Virus record (IMG/VR): IMGVR_UViG_3300012005_000004
Coordinates: 16,370-80,369 of that record
Direction: 5' to 3' (one strand)
Source of the DNA: a virus
DNA length: 64,000 nucleotides
Position numbers and translations under genes: made by a program. Shown piece by piece: positions 57,083-64,000 of the stretch. How positions within the stretch are numbered: position 1 is the first letter of the stretch; every line of letters begins with the position of its first letter. The notes under the pieces were generated by a model. That model was not told where the DNA came from. It worked only from the letters and a program-made list of their open reading frames with translations, and did no database searches.

Positions 57083-57754
57083 ATGTCTCATGAAATAGAT
57101 TCGTTAATCGTGTACGTTCACGGTGCTTTTGCTTCAAAGCGTAGCTGGAATTTTATCCAAAAGCAGGTAAACCGATCTATTAGAAATAAGGCAACGCACG
57201 CCGAGATATTCTTTGAGTATGATCTTCAAGAGCAAGATGCATTTGTAATTTTGGTTAACTTAGTAGAATCAATTAGATCATCTATTAAGATAAAGAAGCC
57301 TCGCAAGGTTATCTTGGTAGGCCATTCATTTGGCGGAGTTCTCTGTGTTGCGGCATCTCGAGAGCTAGATCATGATCGAGAGCTTAATATTGATAGCGCA
57401 GCTATAACGATGTCAGCTCCATTTAACGGAGCGAAGATCGCATCAATAGTTACTATGTTTACTCCTAGCTCTACGTTCTTCATGAACATCAGTCATAATA
57501 GCCAGTTTATGTGGAATTTCAAGCACAAAAAGCTAACGTGTCCAACTCATTCATTCGTGACTACCCAAGGAAGGGTTAAGTGGATAGCTGGAGAGAATGA
57601 TGGAGTGGTCACTCTAGAGTCACAGCTTCACTTCAAGTTAGACCCATTGAATACCATAGATGTAATAGATGTAAATCACTTTGAGATCCTCCTGAGTGAT
57701 AACGTGGCAGCTCGGATAGTTTCAGAAGTTATTCCTATAAAGGTAGCAGCATGA
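57083..57754 (+). CDS. alpha/beta hydrolase (lipase/esterase-like)
   Basis: VHG, GHSFGG, NDGVV, NHF; TAAATA and AGGAG before ATG 57083. Confidence 0.85.
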   Translation: MSHEIDSLIVYVHGAFASKRSWNFIQKQVNRSIRNKATHAEIFFEYDLQEQDAFVILVNLVESIRSSIKIKKPRKVILVGHSFGGVLCVAASRELDHDRELNIDSAAITMSAPFNGAKIASIVTMFTPSSTFFMNISHNSQFMWNFKHKKLTCPTHSFVTTQGRVKWIAGENDGVVTLESQLHFKLDPLNTIDVIDVNHFEILLSDNVAARIVSEVIPIKVAA

Positions 57755-58041
57755 ACAAATACTCAACATCACTTGCAATTTTTGCTCAAGCTCCAGCAAT
57801 GAGTATTGACCAGGAGCTTACCGTTAAGCTTAAGGTTCTGTCGGAACAGAAGGATGATGTGAAATCAGACCAGGTACTTGAGATCCTTGATCTCGGAGCC
57901 AGATATTCAATGATGAGCGAGTTTGCGATGCGGGCTCTTGACGAGCTGTGGTACATAATGATCAAAGATGAAGGTAAGACAGAGGAACAAGCTAGGTTGG
58001 AAGCTGAGCCAAGACGCAAGGCTCATGAGGCTAGCGAATAA
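57751..58041 (+). CDS. hypothetical protein
   Basis: ATGA coupling. Confidence 0.55.
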   Translation: MNKYSTSLAIFAQAPAMSIDQELTVKLKVLSEQKDDVKSDQVLEILDLGARYSMMSEFAMRALDELWYIMIKDEGKTEEQARLEAEPRRKAHEASE

Positions 58042-58049
58042 ATATTAGT

Positions 58050-58380
58050 TCATGATTGTGTGGGAAGGTAACTTCTCGAATGTCAATTTGAATGTAGTTT
58101 GGACAAGGGTTCGATTCCCTTCACCTCCACCGCGTTTTTAAGTTTTTAATGGGGGTGCCCTGGTTTCGACAGGCTAAGCTAGAAGAGAATACAATCCGGT
58201 AGGCGATGACCGTTAATCAAGCAAACGTTTAAATGCAAATGAAGCATTTTTTGGAAAGTTCGCTCTCGTAGCGTAGTTTCCACGAGGTTAACCACCTTGT
58301 CTCCGAACGGTTGAGGGAGCAACGCTCTCTTAGGGGTTTTAGCCGGTAGTCCTATCAACAGAATGAAACCGGCGCCAACG
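58050..58380 (+). ncRNA. ssrA: circularly permuted (two-piece) tmRNA; ends approximate
   Basis: T arm and CACCTCC-ACC (to 58131) precede the 5' end GGGGGTG...TTCGAC (58151); G3-U70 pair; tag ANEAFFGKFALVA* at 58235-58276. Confidence 0.9.
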
Positions 58381-58384
58381 CATT

Positions 58385-58413
58385 AAAAATGCCCCATAAT
58401 TTGGGGCATTTTT
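58385..58413 (+). terminator. intrinsic terminator
   Basis: AAAAATGCCCCA-TAATT-TGGGGCATTTTT. Confidence 0.85.
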
Positions 58414-58556
58414 ATGTCAAAAATATTTTCACTAGGAAATGATACTTTCAAGAAAAATAAGAATATAATTTCTTTTCTGGTTATCCCTCACGTTAATTTT
58501 CGTATCAGGAGACTCTTCAATGAAGATCACATTGGCAATAAAACTCATAATCCAAG

Positions 58557-59003
58557 ATGAAGAACCGTGCATTCAAGAACAAGCTTTACGCAACTTATGC
58601 TTCAATCAAACCAGAAATTAAGAAAGCAATAACAACACCCTTCATCGAAGTTACAAAAATCCAACAACCAATCACCAAAGTAGCAAACCCATTTGATCTT
58701 CTCTTCAAAGATCTTCAACCTATCACTGAGATAGTAGAAGTAGTAGATCCAGATGCAGCCCCAAAAAAGCGTGGTCGCCCACGCAAACCTACCGCCGAGG
58801 ACGGTTCTATCCTTAACCGAACCGATGATTCAGAAGAAGAACCCCGAGAGATCACTTCTTGGATGAAGAATCGTATGATCGAAGAGTTTCGTCGAGCTTA
58901 TATCGTCAATCAAGATCCCATCCAACCTACCATAGAAAAGATAGCTAAGCGATATCGTCTAACTTATCTTCAAGTTCATCTCACCATCGAACCTCAACTA
59001 TAG
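58557..59003 (+). CDS. AT-hook / HTH-containing hypothetical DNA-binding protein
   Basis: KKRGRPRKP; TIEKIAKRYRLT. Confidence 0.6.
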   Translation: MKNRAFKNKLYATYASIKPEIKKAITTPFIEVTKIQQPITKVANPFDLLFKDLQPITEIVEVVDPDAAPKKRGRPRKPTAEDGSILNRTDDSEEEPREITSWMKNRMIEEFRRAYIVNQDPIQPTIEKIAKRYRLTYLQVHLTIEPQL

Positions 59004-59060
59004 TTTACTTAGCTTTCATTTGATGTTATAATGATTCAATGTATATTATAAGGAAATAAC

Positions 59061-59378
59061 ATGAAAACGGTCGTCTCGGTTGTGGGTGGAATCATTGCAG
59101 TTTTGGCTTTGATTTTCCTGCTAAACTTATTTGGGTTTATGAATTTTCAATTTTTTGCTCCAAAGGTTGAAGCTGTTCGGCGTGCAACTTACGAGCAAAG
59201 CCAAGCGTACAATGAAGGGATGGTTCGAGATTTAGAGAACCTAAAGATGGAATATGAATCTGCTGATGATATGCATAAGGCTGGTCTTCGTAGCGTAATC
59301 ATGCATCGGTTCTCTTCTTATCATGGTCAGCTTCCAAGTGATCTTCAATCTTTCTACTTTCAGCTTAAAGGAAACTAA
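59061..59378 (+). CDS. single-TM membrane protein
   Basis: N-terminal TM; promoter 59004-59032. Confidence 0.7.
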   Translation: MKTVVSVVGGIIAVLALIFLLNLFGFMNFQFFAPKVEAVRRATYEQSQAYNEGMVRDLENLKMEYESADDMHKAGLRSVIMHRFSSYHGQLPSDLQSFYFQLKGN

Positions 59379-59864
59379 ATGAAAGCTCTAACTCTTGGAA
59401 TTTGTAGCGCTCTGCTGCTATCGGCGTGTGATCATCAACCAAGTTCTGATGAAGTTCAACGCCATCAGCAAGAGATGATCTCGCAAGAATCAAATTCTCA
59501 AGTTGGTATGCCAGCGATCACCAACTTTCAAGAAAAGAGAATGGCTAAGATGATCCTTGAGCTTCGTGATAAAGCGATCACCACGTTCACATATACGCAA
59601 GACATGAACGGAAAGCTTCATAAGCTTTGCGATTCGGTCGGGTATGGTCTGCCTTATGCAACTCAATATACAAACCCTCAACGGATTGATTACAATACAC
59701 ATGGATCAATTACGTTGCCTCAGGCAGATCCCAATGGGCTGTTCTCGCCGCCATCAGCAGATGGAACTTGGGTTTTGTGCGTTGATCCGGCTACAAAGAA
59801 ATCAATGCCAATTTATGTGGAGCCTCGGGTAATCGTTAGTCCATTTGCTTTAGGAGAAAAGTAG
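59379..59864 (+). CDS. lipoprotein
   Basis: Lipobox LLSAC; GYGLPYATQYTNP, PQADPNGLF. Confidence 0.8.
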   Translation: MKALTLGICSALLLSACDHQPSSDEVQRHQQEMISQESNSQVGMPAITNFQEKRMAKMILELRDKAITTFTYTQDMNGKLHKLCDSVGYGLPYATQYTNPQRIDYNTHGSITLPQADPNGLFSPPSADGTWVLCVDPATKKSMPIYVEPRVIVSPFALGEK

Positions 59865-59882
59865 TAGTAACATAAATAGGAT

Positions 59883-60716
59883 ATGAACTTCATATCCTTT
59901 CTCCAAGAATCTTTCCTGCTAGAAGGAGGAGCCGCGATTAAAGGCTCCTCCAAAATTACGCAGGTTGAAGCCCGCCATGTCATTCCAGACTTAATCTCCA
60001 AAATTTCCAAAGTTACTGAAGTTGATCCTGAGAAGATCAAATCTGTAGGTTCGGCTGGTCATAAACCAGCCGACACCGACCTCTCAGGAGATATTGACAT
60101 CGCGATCGAATGTGGAGTTGAGATCGTCAAGAAAGCTTTACCTGAACTTGCGTTTGACGGTGAGAACTTTAAGGCGATGTCAGCCATCAATGTTTATTCA
60201 TTCGCCACTAAGATAAATGACAAGATAGTCCAAGTCGATCTAGTTCCTGTTGAAAATATTAACTTTGCTACTTGGTCTTTCATCTCAGATGAAGACGATC
60301 TCGCTAAGGGATTAAAGGGAGCCCAACGGAACGAAGTTATCTTTGCTGTAACAAAGCATGCAAACCTAAAGAATGTCAAGAATGACAAGGGAGATGTTGT
60401 TGAGCTAGACAGATACTTCTTCGACTTAAGTAAAGGTTTGATGAAGGGACACCAAACTCGATACAATTCAAAGGGTAAGTTAACTAAGAACTTTACCACT
60501 ACGAGTAAGGAGCTGGTGTCCGATGATCCCGAGAAGATCGCTAAGATCTTGTTTGGAAAGAAAGCTAAAGCCTCGAAGCTAGTAACATTTGATCAAGTTT
60601 GGGAAGCGATACATTCTCCAGATTTTCCATTCAAACATGAGCTAGAAAAGATCGTAAAGATGGCGAAGGTGGGGATTGAGAAGAAAAATCTCAAAGTCCC
60701 CGATGTATTGCTTTAA
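59883..60716 (+). CDS. Pol-beta-superfamily nucleotidyltransferase, late
   Basis: VGS...SGDIDIA, VQVDL; TAAATA directly upstream. Confidence 0.75.
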   Translation: MNFISFLQESFLLEGGAAIKGSSKITQVEARHVIPDLISKISKVTEVDPEKIKSVGSAGHKPADTDLSGDIDIAIECGVEIVKKALPELAFDGENFKAMSAINVYSFATKINDKIVQVDLVPVENINFATWSFISDEDDLAKGLKGAQRNEVIFAVTKHANLKNVKNDKGDVVELDRYFFDLSKGLMKGHQTRYNSKGKLTKNFTTTSKELVSDDPEKIAKILFGKKAKASKLVTFDQVWEAIHSPDFPFKHELEKIVKMAKVGIEKKNLKVPDVLL

Positions 60717-62017
60717 AAAACGTTGATCATCGCTCTAGATGTTTTAAGAGGTACATCACCAATCACTAAGTATGGATATCTTATTCCGCTGCCGCTAACA
60801 GTTGTCCAATTGATAGTAAAGCTCTGAGAGAAGTCAAACTGGAATGCTCCTTGAGAATTGAATGTAGCTGACGATGAACATCTACCTATCCCAGATGATG
60901 TAGATGATGCTCCTACCATTGTTGTATCTGTTGTATTACCATCTGGCACATAATGAGATATCAGCTCCTGACCGCGGTTATCAGTTCCAGCGATCGACAT
61001 ATTTGAATTAGCATTTAATGTAGCAAATCCAGTAGTTACGCTCGCATAATTTGTTGTTCCAGAAGACGTATTACCGCTAGTCATAAAGAATTGGGCTACC
61101 GGTTTCACGCCAGGAGTTGATATAGTTTGAACACCTGTAGATCCTGGTTCTGTAATCGTTCCAAATGAAAATGTAGCAGTTCCTCCAAGAGCTACATAAC
61201 CCACCATGCAAGTTGTTGCTGCTGACTTACACTTATAAAATACGCTGAAGCTAGTAGACCCTAATGCTGTAACTGTTCCCAGCATATCTAAGAAATCTCC
61301 GTTGTATCCGATCTTCGGTATGCACGCGCCTTGATACTCAATATTTTTAGTTAATCGACTTGCTTCTGGAGTTTCCCAATAGGAACAGCAAGCTTGTTGA
61401 GATGCGCTTGTCCCAACGCAAAAACCTAACCCTAAAGCACCACCAGTATCTGGGCTAGTAGTTCCATCATTTTGTGGACCGGTGACGAAGATCAATGCTT
61501 TTGGTTGAAACCCAACAGAGTAAGTTTGTGTTGTTCCTTGATCTCCAGTATTTGCTAAAAATGTGCCGGCTTGGGCAGTGATACTAGATCCACCAATTGC
61601 CATGAAATTAATCTGAACGTTTGAATAGTTAAATGTTGTTGGTAACGCCCTGGTTACGTTAATCGTAAATCCATCGGAATCCATTGATGAAAAATCTGCA
61701 TCCATAACATAAGCACCATCATATGGATTTCTCCACAAGATACAGCGATCATTTTGAATACCATTTTCAGCACCATTTACGTGATAATTAAGAGCAGAGA
61801 TTTCACAGAACCTAGCTGTGCTAGAAGAAGCAGCACCAAAGAATCTCATCAATTGATGCCCAGGATCTGAGTTATTATCAGCAGGAATTGGATCAGTTAT
61901 AGAATAGTACTGGCTCCAGAAGATAACTACTTTTGGGGTAAACCCAACTCCAGTTATCGACTGATTGCCAGTACCAGACCTTAATATAAAATTACCAACC
62001 TTAGTTAACGTAGTCAT
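60713..62017 (-). CDS. virion fibre-associated beta-rich protein
   Basis: Three repeats of G.Q.I..VGF.PK; Gly/Ser/Thr rich. Confidence 0.65.
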   Translation of the reverse strand: MTTLTKVGNFILRSGTGNQSITGVGFTPKVVIFWSQYYSITDPIPADNNSDPGHQLMRFFGAASSSTARFCEISALNYHVNGAENGIQNDRCILWRNPYDGAYVMDADFSSMDSDGFTINVTRALPTTFNYSNVQINFMAIGGSSITAQAGTFLANTGDQGTTQTYSVGFQPKALIFVTGPQNDGTTSPDTGGALGLGFCVGTSASQQACCSYWETPEASRLTKNIEYQGACIPKIGYNGDFLDMLGTVTALGSTSFSVFYKCKSAATTCMVGYVALGGTATFSFGTITEPGSTGVQTISTPGVKPVAQFFMTSGNTSSGTTNYASVTTGFATLNANSNMSIAGTDNRGQELISHYVPDGNTTDTTMVGASSTSSGIGRCSSSATFNSQGAFQFDFSQSFTINWTTVSGSGIRYPYLVIGDVPLKTSRAMINVF

Positions 62018-64000
62018 TAATAACCTCTAGAGAACGCGATGACATCATATTTACCATCATCAGAGTTCACAACAAGACCGATATAGTCTGTCTTGCTTGG
62101 AGTTGTAGATAATGTAACTACGTCAACGTCCGTTCCAAGACGAACAGCGGCGCCCCATGCTAAAGTACGACTACCGGTCGCATCTTGCTTCAACCTTAAT
62201 AAGACTTTTTGACCATTTGTTCCACCAGAGAAGTTAATCGTGATATTCCCGGTTAGCGTTATGACGAATACATCATTATTTGTTGCATTTAATGTTAATG
62301 ATGAAGCGAAGGTGGTCGTTGTAGTTCTGTATCCAGGACCAGTAGGACCAGTTGCTCCAGAAGTTCCTGTAGGACCAGTTGGACCAGCAACCGTTGAAGC
62401 TGCTCCTGTAGACCCCGTAGATCCAGTTGGACCAGTTGGACCAGCAACCGTTGAAGCTGCTCCAGTTGGACCGTTCGTACCTGTAGGACCTGTAGCACCA
62501 GTTCCACCAGTATTACCAGTCGGACCAGTAGCTCCAACAGGACCAGTAGCACCTATAGTACCAGTATTACCAGTAGGACCAGTAGCACCTTTTGGACCAG
62601 TAACCTGAGAATCTGCTCCTGTTGGTCCTGTGATACCTGGCCCGGTTGGTCCTGGTGTGCTTGAAACTGGCCCAGTAGATCCAGTCGGACCAGTAGTACC
62701 TGTCGGGCCGGTAACGCTTGGGCCTGTTTGTCCTGTTGGTCCTGTAACTTGAGATGCAGCACCAGTAGGTCCAGTTACACTTGGGCCTGTTGCTCCAACA
62801 TTACCGGTCGCGCCTGTAGGCCCAGTTGGTCCTGTCATACCGGTAGGTCCAGTAGCACCTGTTAATCCTGTTGGTCCTGTAACGCTTGGACCCGTCGGAC
62901 CCACCACGGTCGATGCAGCTCCTGTAGGTCCTGTTGGGCCTGTAACGCTTGGGCCTGTTTGACCGGTTGGTCCGGTGACAAAGCTTGCAGCTCCTGTTGG
63001 GCCAGTCGGACCGCTACCAGCTCCAGTAGGACCAACAACACCAGTAGGACCGGTTGATCCTGTTGGACCAGTTACACTGGGTCCAGTTTGGCCAGTTGGG
63101 CCTGTAACTTGAGATGCAGCACCAGTAGGACCAGTCACGCTCGGGCCCGTAGGACCAGTCATACCAATAGATCCTGTTGGGCCAGTTACACCGGTAGGTC
63201 CCATTGGGCCAGTTGTTCCAGTGAGTCCAATAGATCCCGTCGGTCCAGTTACTCCAGTAGGTCCTGTTGCTCCTATAACTCCAGTAGGACCGGTTGCACC
63301 AAATCCACCTGTTGTTCCAGTCGGGCCAGTAGCACCTTTAGGTCCAGTTGGACCAGTTACGGTCGATGCAGCACCGGTAGCTCCTGTTGCTCCTGTTGGG
63401 CCAGTTACACCAGCAGCTCCTGTCGGACCTGTAATAGTTGAGTCGGCACCAGTAGGACCAGTCGGGCCACCAAATTGTCCAGGAGGACCAACTGAGCCAG
63501 TAGGTCCAGTTGGACCAGGATCTCCAGCTCCAGTCGGGCCTGTTGCTCCATCAAATCCGCGCAATCCAGTTGGACCAGGAGCACCTGTTGGACCGTCAGT
63601 TCCGTTCAAACCCGTGGGGCCAGTAGGACCGTCAAATCCTCGAATACCAGCAGGGCCGGTTGGACCGACATTACCAGCCGGGCCAGTAACATTAGAATCA
63701 GCTCCAGAAGCTCCTGTGGGGCCAGTTACAGTCGATGCCGCTCCTGTTGCGCCAGTGGGACCAGTTGATCCGAGTCCTGTAGGACCAGTTACGGTCGATG
63801 CAGCACCAGTTGGACCTGTTGGTCCCTTGAGTCCGGATGGGCCAGTTAAACCTTGAATTCCTGTTGGACCAGTTACTCCTGTTGGACCAGTTACCGTCGA
63901 AGCAGCACCGGTGGGTCCAGTTACGCTAGGTCCTGTTGGACCTACCACCGTTGAATAAGATCCTGTTGGACCAGTAGGACCACCGAATTATACTGTAGGA
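62017..64000 (-). CDS. collagen-like fibre protein (start lies beyond window)
   Basis: Hundreds of G-P-T/G-A-T triplets; C-terminal [13 protein letters not shown] domain. Confidence 0.88.

Noticed and set aside
59061-59864. TM protein plus lipoprotein as spanin pair
   Set aside because: Architecture fits loosely, but they follow an early-type promoter, are away from the endolysin, and the lipoprotein looks globular.
62330-64000. Dense short repeats as CRISPR or satellite
   Set aside because: They are codon-degenerate Gly-X-Y collagen repeats in an open frame; no constant repeat with unique spacers.

Overview
A 64-kb segment of a large lytic dsDNA phage genome (jumbo/T4-like grammar), standard genetic code, mostly + strand. 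It has many sigma70-like early promoters (TTTACA/TTTACT-N17-TATAAT) and TAAATA late promoters. Left half: Ter/TelA stress cluster (DUF475, TelA, TerD-like, vWA), nucleotide and cofactor enzymes (5'-nucleotidase, CoaE-CoaD fusion, DHFR), two paralog families, a DinG/XPD helicase, a late double-GH16 protein, and an interrupted PrkA-YeaH-SpoVR module. Middle: amidinotransferase; rIIA, a receiver-domain gene, and rIIB carrying an inserted acyl-carrier-protein domain; an HNH protein; a PAS-PAS-GGDEF-EAL protein. Right half: an RNA-centred island with Ro60/TROVE, tRNA-like and Y-RNA-like elements, a Leu/Ser-rich leader peptide with alternative hairpins, 14 tRNAs (Leu, Ser, Tyr, Trp; the Ser tRNAs fold as 8/4 or 9/3 allo-type, three Leu tRNAs lack the long variable arm), a GIY-YIG homing endonuclease, an RNase P RNA and a permuted two-piece tmRNA. 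The end carries an endolysin, a Nei glycosylase, a nucleotidyltransferase and collagen-like fibre genes. All calls come from motif recognition and manual base-pairing; no searches were run.
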